Assembly: GCA_965198005.1 (NCBI GenBank)
Contig: CBDAOI010000002.1
Location: forward strand, 128,001-192,000
DNA: 64,000 nt
Source of the DNA: Spirochaetia bacterium
GTDB taxonomy: Bacteria > Spirochaetota > Spirochaetia > SZUA-6 > Bin103
Direction: 5' to 3'
The translations under genes were made by a program, and so were the position numbers. Below are positions 18,548 through 28,403 of this stretch, one piece after another. The number at the start of each line of letters is the position of its first letter. The stretch's first letter is position 1. The notes under the pieces are model-generated. The model saw nothing but the letters and a program-made list of their open reading frames with translations. It ran no database searches and was not told the DNA's origin.

Positions 18548-20621
18548 ATGCAATTCCGCATAGCCGATACCTTTACCGAGAGCCTCGCAAAGCTGAACGG
18601 CGAGGAGCAACGGGCCGCGAAGACGACGGCGTTCGATCTGCGACTCAATCCGGCGCAACCGGGACTGCAGTTCCATCGGGTGGAGCGAGCCAGGGACAAG
18701 AATTTCTGGTCGGTTCGGGTCAACAAGGGCGTGCGCATGATTGTGCACAGGACGGCGGCCAATCTCCTGCTCTGCTATGTCGGGGAGCACGACGATGCGT
18801 ATCGCTGGGCCGAGCGCCGGCTCCTCGAACAGCATCCGCACACCGGAGCGGCGCAACTCGTCGAGATCCGCGAGGTCGTGCGCGAGATCGAGATCCCGCG
18901 CTACGTCGCCGCCGAGCGCGCCGTGTTCGCCGGTGTGCCGGACAGCCAGTTGTTGAACTACGGCGTGCCCGCTGAGTGGCTGGATGACATCAAGCAGGTA
19001 GCTGACGAGGACGCGCTTCTGGCCCTGGCGGATCATCTTCCCGCGGAGGCGGCCGAGGCGCTGCTGGAACTGGCTACCGGCAACTCGCCGGAACGCCCGC
19101 TCCGCGGAGCCACGGACGGGGATCCGTTTGCCCATCCCGATGCGCAACGCCGCTTCCGAGTCATGTCCAACCAGGAGGAGCTGCGCCGGGCGCTCGAGTA
19201 TCCGTGGGAGAAGTGGACGGTCTTTCTGCACCCGGCTCAACGGCAGGTGGTGGAACGGAGCTACCGCGGCCCGGCGCGTGTGTTAGGTTCTGCCGGAACC
19301 GGCAAGACCATCGTGGCGCTGCATCGCGCCGTGCATCTTGCCCGCACCCACTCGGACGCACGCGTGCTGCTGACCACGTTTTCGACGGCGCTTGCGGACG
19401 CGTTGCGCGCACGAGTGGTGCGACTCGTAGCCAATGAGCCGAAGATCGCCGAACGGCTGGAGGTGCACGCGATGGCCGACATCGGGCGGCGGCTCTACCA
19501 GGCGCACTTCGGCCGCCCCGATTTGGCGCCCCCCGACCGGGTGCGCGAGCTGTTGCGCCAGGCCGCCGCCGAGGTCGAAGACCTCCGGTTCAGCTTGCGC
19601 TTCCTGTGGACCGAGTGGAGCCGCGTGGTCGACGCCTGGCAGCTTGCGAGCTGGGAACAGTATCGGGACGTGCCGCGGCTCGGTCGGAGGACTCGCCTGC
19701 GCGAACGGCAGCGGGAGCTCCTCTGGTCGGTCTTCTCCAAGGTGGCCGCCGCTCTGGACGAGCGCGGGCTCCTGACCGAACCGCGCCTGTTCGGTCGCCT
19801 GGAGCGCCAGCTCGCGAAGATGGCGCGCCCGCCATTCGAGTTCTGCGTGGTGGACGAGGCGCAGGACATCGGCGTGGCCGAGTTGCGCTTTCTGGCCGCC
19901 CTCGGCGCCGGACGCCCTGTTCTTCGCCGGTGACCTCGGTCAAAGGATCTTCCGGACGCCGTTCTCCTGGCGCGCCTTGGGGGTCGACATCCGCTGCCGC
20001 TCGCACACCTTGCGGGTCAACTACCGCACCTCCCATCAGATCCGGCGGCAGGCGGACCGGCTGCTGCCGCCGGAGACCTCGGACGTGGACGGCAACACCG
20101 ACCGGCGAACCGGCACCGTCTCCGTATTCAATGGCGCGGAACCGGTGATTCAGGTCCTCCCCTCGCATGACACGGAGACTGCAGCAATCGCGGAGTGGCT
20201 GAAGTCCCGCGGGCAGGAAGAGTATGCACCGCACGAGATGGGCGTGTTCGTCCGATCGAAGGCCGAACTGGACAGAGCCATCGCGGCGGTTGAAGGGTCA
20301 GGCTATTCGGCCGTCGATCTGGCGCAGCACGCGGGCGGCGTCACGGGCAACGTCGCAGTCGGCACGATGCACCTCGCCAAGGGTCTGGAGTTTCGCGCCG
20401 TGGTCGTCGCCGCCTGCGATGACGAGGCGCTGCCGTCGCAAGCAAGAATCGAGAGAGTCGGCGATCAAGCCGAACTCCACGAGGTCTACACCACCGAGCG
20501 CCACCTGCTCTACGTCGCGTGCACCCGTGCTCGCGATCATCTCCTGGTGACCGGCGTCGAACCAGCCTCCGAGTTCCTCGACGACCTGCTCGCCCAGCAT
20601 CGACACCCGCCGCACCGGTAG
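18548..20621 (+). pseudogene. RelE-like domain fused to UvrD/Rep SF1A helicase, frameshifted
   Basis: N-terminal FTESLAKL..NFWSVRVN..YVGEHDDAY; GSAGTGKT, VVDEAQD, NYRT, TMHLAKGLEF, YVACTRAR. An 8-bp deletion near 19910 relative to the other copies shifts the frame. Confidence 0.88.
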
Positions 20622-20664
20622 CGCTATACACGGCTACCGCGGACGCGCTCTTCGCGGCCGCTTC

Positions 20665-21100
20665 TCCTTTCCGTAGCGGATCGCCGCGGTGCAGAACAGC
20701 GACCTCACTGGCGTGCCGGACGGTAGATGAATCAGGTCGGCGATCAAGCCGTAGCGGAACAGTGCCACTGCGCGGTGCAGTTTCTCTTCGGCGTCATTCA
20801 TGGTGGGTTTCTCCTCGGTGTGCGGGTCATGCGACCCGGTGTTGTGGGCCAGCTACGGAGCGGTCGCCGGAGGATCAGACCCCAGGTTGTGTTGGACGCG
20901 CTTGGTGGGATTGTCACCGGCGCTGCCGTGGGGGCGAAAACCGAGCGGAGCGGCCAGGTTTGGTAGCCACGGCTCGGACAGCGAGCGCAACGACAGCAAC
21001 ACTGCATCGGTGACGGGGCGCTGACGGCAGGAAATGATCTCTGCGTGGCAGCCATGCTGGCGATGGCCTTCGGGCGCATCCGGGCCGGCCAGCCGGAACA
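20665..21100 (-). pseudogene. remnants of a DDE integrase/transposase N-terminus and its upstream gene
   Basis: RBS then MNDAEEKLHRAVALFRYGLIADLIHL; upstream ..APLGFRPH..QHNLGSDPP. Confidence 0.5.
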
Positions 21101-21401
21101 CCTGTGGAGTCTGGTCAAACCCGCCTGAGCCGCGACCGCTCGCCGGTCACCACCAGAAACCCAATCCCACCGGCTACGCAGAGAGACCGGCTTTCCTGAG
21201 CTTCCGTCGAGCCACGGATGAGCCTTGATTCAAGATCGCCGACCTCCTCCAGTCACACTCGATATGGCAGCTGCTCCGCGCCCGGCGTACGCAAGCGAAG
21301 CCGTCCACGACCTGACCGCACACTGTCCTGCCTCGACCCGTCGTTCAAATCGCCCCAAACCCCGATAGAGCGCAATTGCCTCAAGTTCAGACTTCCTGAC
21401 C

Positions 21402-23310
21402 TCAGCCGGAATCAGATGACACGTCGAGCGGCGAATCTCCAGCTAACGCCAACTCGTAGACGAGCCTGAGTTCGGTGCCGGGATAGATCGTGCGGCTGGC
21501 GTTGAGTTCCGCAACCAGGGGAGCGAGCATGCGGTCGCAAGAGTCGCTGCCGAGGCCCAGAAGCTGTATTCGGAGAATTCCCTCGGCAGGCTCCGGGATG
21601 ATGTTGGCGTCGGAGGTCAGCAACGAGCGCAGCAGCCTGCGGGCATTCGGTTTCTTGCCCTGGGTGGTGATGACAGGCGCCATCATCCGGGTCTCGGCGC
21701 GATAGGCGATCATGCGCACCACGTCCAGAAACAGCCGCCCACCCACCGGCAGGGCGTCCAGTTTGTCCTGCTCCGGCAGGTCGCCGGCGCGCACATGGGT
21801 AGGCGTGTCGGCGCGCTCCTGCTTGAGTTCGTCGAGTTCAGCGGCAACGGCGTTGGCGTCAGCCTCAAGGCGGGTGGCGGTGTCCCGGTGGTGTTCCTGC
21901 AGTGCCACGGCGAGGCGATTGCGGGCCGCTGACAAGCGGCTGCGTACCTGCCTGATGGTCTTTTCGAGGACGCGGCGCACGGGGTTCACGACTTGCGCGT
22001 CGGGGTCAAACGGAGCCAGGTCATGGGTGGGCAGGGAGTCGAGGTTGAACTGCTCGCGCAGGTACTTGAAGAAGTTCTCCTGCGACCAGCGCGAGAACAT
22101 GGAGCCGGCAACCTGTTGCACGGGCATCTGCGGATGGGTGGTGATCACTGGCACTTGGCGACCGGTGGCGAGCCGGCGCCGGATCTGGCGGACGGTGAGC
22201 CCGTTGCGCAGTACCATCGGTTGCTCGGCGAGGTCAACGGTGGTGGCACTGGTTCCAGCGGGCCCATGGATCAGTACCTCAAGCGTGTGGAAGTCCTCCT
22301 CCGGCCAGTCCTCGCCCGTGAAGTTCTTGTGCCAGGTGATGCAGGCGATGCCGCGCCGGGCCAGCCGCTTGAACAGCTCCGGGCTCCAGCCCTTGCGGTC
22401 GAACACCAGGGTGAGCGCCGGCGCACCGGCCTGTGGTCTGGTCAGGTCGGGGGCCGCTTCCGGTACCACCCCCAGTTGCTGCAACTGCGGCACCACGTCC
22501 TGCTCGATGGCCTTGATCAGCTTCGGGTGGAGCGCCTTGTGCAGACACAGCAGGGGGGCGCCACCCAAGGCGTTGATCCAGTAGCTCACGGACGCCGGCA
22601 AACACAGCTTCTGGCGCGCGACGAAGTGGTGTGCTCGGCGCTGGTGAGCAGCTTGAGCTTGCGGCGGAAGGTCTTGGTCTCGGGGCCGCGGTCGAGGCCG
22701 AGGATCGCACCCCACTCGCCAGGCGCCTGGTAGCGGAGGCTCTCGGGGGTGCGTACTCGGGCCAGGGTCATGCAGGCGACGAACAGCAGGATGGTGGTCA
22801 GGCCATAGAATCCGGCGGGCAGGCGGAACAGGCGGTTGGCGGCGCCGAGCAGGCCCTCGCGGAGCAGCATCGCAGTGCCGCGAGGACGCCGCCGTAGGCG
22901 ACGGCGTTGGCTGGCTCGGCGAACACCGGCGTGGCCTCGGTCAGCAAGCCGGCGCTGGCGAGCGTGCGGCCCTCGACGTCGCGCGCCGCGCGGCCCATGG
23001 GCGCGTGCTTGTCGCGGGCGTCGCGGGTGGCGCGATCGGTGGCCGCCGCCGAGTCGGTCTGCGGAGCGCCGGCGTTGGCGGGGTGATCGGTGGCCGCCGC
23101 CTGCGGAGTGTCTGCGGCGGCGGCGAGCGCCCCGGCGGGGGCGGCGATGACGCCGGCGCGACGGTTCTCGTTGAACGTGCTCGCCGGGATGCCGAGTTGC
23201 CGTGCGCAGGCGCTGCCGCTCATCCCGGAGGCGAGCAGGTTGGTCGCCTTGTCCGCCAGCTCGGCGTCGACGACGGTGCGCCCGCGCCTCCGTAGCGGCT
23301 CGTAAAACGG
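21402..23310 (-). pseudogene. putative transposase, frameshifted across three frames
   Basis: GEWGAILGLDRGPETKTFRRK, YWINALGG, LVFDRKGWS, FSRWSQENFFKY, IAYRAET. Confidence 0.75.
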
Positions 23311-23382
23311 ATCTTTTTTGCCAAGCACAGCGTTGCGCGGGTCACCTAAACGACATGCAGACTTACATGGATATAGAGCGAC

Positions 23383-23500
23383 CGGGCTGGCACATCGACG
23401 CCCTCGACAACGGGTTCCGCAACCTGCAACCGCGGGGGCCGATGCTGCAGTTGAAAATCGGCGACTTTCTGTCCGACATGACGCAACCCGAATAGGATGC
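23383..23500 (+). pseudogene. PhyH dioxygenase fragment
   Basis: GWHIDALDNGFRNLQPR..LKIGDFLSDMTQP matches the gene at 47019-47801. Confidence 0.7.
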
Positions 23501-23533
23501 TCACCGTCAACAGCCACCTCGGCGACAAGGTGC

Positions 23534-23719
23534 ATCACGGTCGAGGGATTAAAGAGCATCGAGCGAGTAGAGGAATTGCCGCTGAATCCAATCAAACACT
23601 CTGATTGGGCCAAACGGCGCGGGTAACACCAACCTCACCTTCAGGAGAATAGGCCCGGACCTTCTCCCGTGATCATTCTGGAAGAGCCCGAGTTGGGCTT
23701 GCATCCATACGCCATCACT
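23534..23719 (+). pseudogene. ABC ATPase fragments (copies of parts of 16700-17842)
   Basis: ITVEGLKSIERVEELPLNPI followed by IILEEPELGLHPYAIT. Confidence 0.75.
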
Positions 23720-23789
23720 TGCGCCTGCTCTGCTACTGCTCTGCTCGCCTTTCCTTGACAACCCGCCCATTCTCATTACTCTGCCGCCC

Positions 23790-25103
23790 GTGATAGACGA
23801 AGGCCCCCGCCGCCCGGCGACCACCTTGGAGTTCTTCACTTCCGGCGTCGCGCAACGGGACCCGATGATCGCCGAAGCGCTGGCCAGCGAAGGGCGGCGC
23901 CAGCAGCAGCAGATCGAGCTCATCGCTTCCGAGAACATCGTCAGCCGCGCCGTCCTCGAGGCGCTCGGCCATGAAGTGGTGAACAAGACGCTCGAAGGAT
24001 ACCCAGGCGCCCGCTACCACGCCGGCGGGCGCTTCGTGGACGTGATCGAGCAGGCCGCCGTGGACCGCGCGTGCGAGCTGTTCGGGTGCGCCTACGCGAA
24101 CGTACAGCCGCACTCCGGCAGCCAAGCCAACCTCGCCGTGTTCTTCGCGTTGGTGCGGCCTGGCGACCGCGTGCTGAGCCTGGACTTGGCCGCGGGCGGT
24201 CACTTGAGCCACGGGCTCCGCGCGAACCTGTCAGGCCGCTGGTTCGAGGCCCACCACTACGGGGTCTCCCGCGAGACTGGAATGATCGACTACGGCGAGG
24301 CGGAGGCGAGGATTTTGGAAGTGCGGCCGCGACTGCTGATCGCTGGCGGGTCCTCCTACCCGCGAACCCTGGACTTCGAGAGGCTGGCCGACGCTGCCCG
24401 GACGGTCGGTGCGTACTTCGTAGTGGATATGGCGCATATCGCCGGCCTCGTGGCTGGCGGCGCCCACCCGTCGCCGATACCGCACGCCGATATTGTCACC
24501 TGCACCACCACAAAGACCCTGCGCGGGCCGCGCGGCGGAATGATCCTCGCGCGGGATGAGAGCTGGAGAAGGAAATTGCAATCCGCCGTCTTTCCGGGCG
24601 TCCAGGGCAGCATCCACACTCAGGTCATAGCCGCGAAGGCGGTCTGCCTGGGCGAGGCGCTGCAACCGGAGTTCAGAGTCTACGCCCACCAAGTCAAGAA
24701 GAACGCCGCGCGCTTGGCCGCGGTCCTGGCCGATGGCGGACTGGCGGTCGTTACCGGCGGCACGGACACCCACATCGTCCTGCTGGACCTATCCGACATC
24801 GGAATGACCGGTCAGGCTGCCGAGCGCGTTCTCGAGCGGTACGGCATCACGACCAACAAGAATCCGATCCCGTTCGACGTCAGCAATCCGGCCGAGTGGA
24901 GCGGGCTGCGGATAGGAGTCGCGGCCGCCACCACGCGCGGGTTCCGGGAGGCGGAAATGGAACAGCTCGGACAGGTGATTTCCTCCCTGCTGACGGCACC
25001 CGGTGCCGGCGACGAGGCGCAACGGATCGTGGCGAGGCTCTGCCGATCGTTCCCGCTCGGCATGCGGACGCATGACGGTGTTGCTCTTCTTCGGCCTGGG
25101 TGA
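23790..25103 (+). CDS. glyA: SHMT-family PLP enzyme, 2-methylserine hydroxymethyltransferase-like (copy 1)
   Basis: LIASEN, NVQPHSG, GGHLSHG, DMAHIAG; non-canonical NKTLEGYP, CTTTKTLRGPRGG, GVQGSIH. Confidence 0.9.
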   Translation: MIDEGPRRPATTLEFFTSGVAQRDPMIAEALASEGRRQQQQIELIASENIVSRAVLEALGHEVVNKTLEGYPGARYHAGGRFVDVIEQAAVDRACELFGCAYANVQPHSGSQANLAVFFALVRPGDRVLSLDLAAGGHLSHGLRANLSGRWFEAHHYGVSRETGMIDYGEAEARILEVRPRLLIAGGSSYPRTLDFERLADAARTVGAYFVVDMAHIAGLVAGGAHPSPIPHADIVTCTTTKTLRGPRGGMILARDESWRRKLQSAVFPGVQGSIHTQVIAAKAVCLGEALQPEFRVYAHQVKKNAARLAAVLADGGLAVVTGGTDTHIVLLDLSDIGMTGQAAERVLERYGITTNKNPIPFDVSNPAEWSGLRIGVAAATTRGFREAEMEQLGQVISSLLTAPGAGDEAQRIVARLCRSFPLGMRTHDGVALLRPG

Positions 25104-25873
25104 TCCTTGGTAGTATTGGCGACAACATGAGCGGGCCGAACGAAACTGTTTCCATGACGGTGGTGAACTGGAATGTCGAGTGGGCCACCCCCGGATCCTG
25201 GAGTCGTCGCGACGAGATCCTGAGCCGTATCGACCGGGAAGCTCCGGACATTGTGTGTCTCACGGAGTCGGACATCAGGCTGTTGGCCGGCATGCCGGGC
25301 CACACGATCCACTCTCAGCCGGACGGCGTAAAGGGGATCGACAACCTACGGATGGTGCTCCTTTGGTCGAGAGAGCCATGGGAGCAGGTCGATGACTTCG
25401 GAGTAGACTCGATGCCTCCAGGCAGCTTCGTGTCCGGCGTCACCCGTACGCCCTTGGGCGACGTGATGGTCCTGGGCGTTTGCATACCGTACCAGCATTC
25501 GCGGACGAAGTGGACGGACGACGGCGTCACGCGCAAATCCTGGGAGGATCACCGACAGTATCTGGCAGACCTCCCGAAGGTGTTCGAACGGGCCTCATCG
25601 AAGCGATTGATCGTCCTGGGGGACTTCAACCAGCAGGTTGGGCAGAGCGGTTATGCACCGCCGGAGATTCGGGATGCCCTGCGGGACGCCATCCCGCCAG
25701 GTATCACGATTGCCACCGCCGCGCTCGGTTTCGGCGGCCGAAGGGTGATCGACCACGTTGCGCTGAGCGAGGATCTGTCAGCGCGGTCTCTGCGGCTGAT
25801 CAGCCGATTCCACCAGGAGAGGAAACTGTCAGACCACCCAGGGGTGGTTGCCGATCTGTCATCGCTGGTGTAG
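25100..25873 (+). CDS. endonuclease/exonuclease/phosphatase (EEP) family protein (copy 1)
   Basis: NWNVE, CLTES, LGDFNQ, IDHV, SDH motifs. Confidence 0.88.
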   Translation: MILGSIGDNMSGPNETVSMTVVNWNVEWATPGSWSRRDEILSRIDREAPDIVCLTESDIRLLAGMPGHTIHSQPDGVKGIDNLRMVLLWSREPWEQVDDFGVDSMPPGSFVSGVTRTPLGDVMVLGVCIPYQHSRTKWTDDGVTRKSWEDHRQYLADLPKVFERASSKRLIVLGDFNQQVGQSGYAPPEIRDALRDAIPPGITIATAALGFGGRRVIDHVALSEDLSARSLRLISRFHQERKLSDHPGVVADLSSLV

Positions 25874-25889
25874 CCGACCGATTCCAGTC

Positions 25890-26773
25890 GGTCTGGTCGG
25901 TCTTCTCCAAGGTGGCCGCCGCTGTGGACGAGCACCGGCTCCTGACCGAACCGCGCCTGTTCGGTCGCGTCAAGCGCCGGCTCGCGCAGATGGAGCGCCC
26001 GCCGTTCGAGTTCTGCGTGGTGGACGAGGCGCAGGACATCGGCGTGGCCGAGTTGCGCTTTCTGGCCGCCCTCGGGGCCGGCCGCCCGGACGCCCTGTTC
26101 TTCGCCGGTTACCTTGGTCAAAGGATCTTCCAGACGCCGTTCTCCTGGCGCGCCTTGGGGGTCGACATCCGCGGGCACCTTGCGGGTCAACTACCGCACC
26201 TCCCATCAGATCCGGCGGCAGGCGGACCGGCTGCTGCCACCCGAGACCTCGGACGTGGACGGCAACACCGACCGGCGAACCGGCACCGTCTCCGTATTCA
26301 ATGGCGCCGAGTCAGTGATTCATATCCTCCCCTCGCATGACGCGGAGACTGCAGCAATCGCGGAGTGGCTGAAATCCCGCGGGCAGGAAGGGTATGCACC
26401 GCACGAGATGGGCGTGTTCGTCCGATCGAAGGCCGAACTGGACAGAGCCATCGCAGCGGTTGGAATGGCCGGGTATGCGGCGGTCGATCTGGCGCAGCAC
26501 GCGGGCGGCGTCTCGGGCAACGTCGCCGTCGGTACGATGCACCTCGCGAAGGGCCTCGAGTTTCGCGCCGTGGTCGTCGCCGCCTGCGATGCCGAGGCGC
26601 TGCCGTCGCAGGCAAGAATCGAGCGAGTCGGCGATCAAGCCGAACTCGACGAGGTCTACACCACCGAGCGCCACCTGCTCTACGTCGCGTGCACCCATGC
26701 CCGCGATCATCTCCTGGTGACTGGCGTCGAACCGGCCTCCGAGTTCCTCGACGACCTGTTCAGCGAGCACTGA
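25890..26773 (+). pseudogene. UvrD C-terminal fragment
   Basis: Copy of about 19720-20590, with an 8-bp deletion near 26175 and motif VI TRAR>THAR. Confidence 0.85.
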
Positions 26774-27281
26774 CAACTGGACTACCAGCCTGAACAACAG
26801 CGAGAATCCGGCAGCGGCATACACCGCTGCCGCGGACGCGCTCTCCGCCAACACCGCGTAATTCAGGCCACCCGCTCCGAGGAGTGACCCGCCTACGCAG
26901 TCCTTGTCGGTGTCGACGCACCGCAATATGATAAACACTGTGTCGGCAACAAGTGAGACCTCGCGTCCGTCGACGAGACCAAACGTATTGTGTCCATCGC
27001 ACAGCCGTTTCGACACCTATTGATGGTACGACGCCGATATCGCGCGGGCTCCCCTCAGGGGTGGTACCACGGCTCCGGCGCCTCAAATAGAAAACGACCA
27101 CATGCGCGAGTGCAGCGTCAGACGCTCTTCCTTACCATCGTGATTCCCACCGGTTCGGAACGCATTCCAAAGTGTTGCTGATGACCCGACCACGCATCCT
27201 GGCTATCTTCAGGTTGCTGTCTTCCAGGCACCCACTGATGCAAATCAGTCCTTCGAAGATCGAAGCTATTGGTGGCCGCCC

Positions 27282-28280
27282 ATGTCTGTATCAAACCAAC
27301 GCACAACAGAGGTTCCAAGATTGATATCCGTCAACAAGCAACAGTGCCAGATCTGGCCGAACAGCGACGCAATCTATTCCGATCCTGAGCAAGGAATCAT
27401 ACGGCTTGTGTCACCCCGAGCGGGTGGCACATATCGGCTTCGCGAACAGCCGTGGCTTGAGATGCCCAAGCTCAGCAATCCTGAACGAGCACGGTTAACA
27501 ACATTGCTTGTAGACCAGAGAACCCACGGCGATGAGGAGCCGTCAGTCACGATCGCTTTGATCGATACGGCCCGCAACAGGCGTCCTCGTACCATACCGG
27601 AGAGGGCGGAACGGCTTCTCAGATACATAGCCGAGTGCTTGGTGTCAGTCGGGGACTCTGTCAATCTGAATTGGGAGCCCGCCTCGACCTCAGGAATAGA
27701 CGAGGGGGCGATGGCGTGGTCGGAGTCCCTATCGTTGGAAGAGATCCAGTATTTTCTAAATTATCTCCTACAACAGAACTGGATATCTAGTGTTGGTCAG
27801 AACCGCTATAACGTCACCGTGGATGGTTATAGCTACATTACGGAACTCAAAGCAAATTATAGTTCGGCGCAAGCGTTTGTAGCGATGTGGTTCAATGGTG
27901 AAATGCGCGAAATCTACGACAACGGTTTCAAACCTGCAATTGAACGAGCCGGATATATTCCCATGAGAATAGACACGAAGGACGATGTCGTCAAGATTGA
28001 TGACGCGATAATCGCAGAAATCAGGCGTTCGCGATTCTTGGTAGCAGATTCTACGCACGGAAAAGAAGGTGCACGCGGAGGCGTTTACTATGAGGCTGGA
28101 TTCGCATTCGGCCTCGGACTTCCCGTCATCTATACATGCCGAGAAGACATGGTGGATAAGATTCACTTCGACACACGCCAGTATCACCATACGGTGTGGA
28201 AGACCGCTGAGGGCCTGCGAGAGAGCCTGAAGAATCGGATCGTCGCGCTCATCGGAGAGGGTCCAAACAGGACTAGCTGA
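27282..28280 (+). CDS. wHTH-like domain + nucleoside 2-deoxyribosyltransferase (NDT)/TIR-like domain protein (copy 1)
   Basis: QAFVAMWF..IDDAIIAEIRRSRFLVADST..GGVYYEAGFAFGLGLPVIYTC..HFDTRQY; lower GC than flanks. Confidence 0.8.
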   Translation: MSVSNQRTTEVPRLISVNKQQCQIWPNSDAIYSDPEQGIIRLVSPRAGGTYRLREQPWLEMPKLSNPERARLTTLLVDQRTHGDEEPSVTIALIDTARNRRPRTIPERAERLLRYIAECLVSVGDSVNLNWEPASTSGIDEGAMAWSESLSLEEIQYFLNYLLQQNWISSVGQNRYNVTVDGYSYITELKANYSSAQAFVAMWFNGEMREIYDNGFKPAIERAGYIPMRIDTKDDVVKIDDAIIAEIRRSRFLVADSTHGKEGARGGVYYEAGFAFGLGLPVIYTCREDMVDKIHFDTRQYHHTVWKTAEGLRESLKNRIVALIGEGPNRTS

Positions 28281-28403
28281 GCGTCCATTTTGGGACGACG
28301 GTCCAGTGCAATCTTGCAGGGGAGGTCACGTGGAAACACTCATAGAGAGGGATGCACGTCGGACATCACGAGATCCTCCTGTGTCAGCGCCGCTATCGAC
28401 TGG

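Noticed and set aside
2268-20621. Integron cassette array
   Set aside because: No tyrosine integrase and no recurring attC-like GTTRRRY/RYYYAAC sites were recognised between genes.
26773-27282. Structured ncRNA upstream of NDT
   Set aside because: Only short hairpins; identity between the copies reflects recent duplication and gives no covariation evidence.
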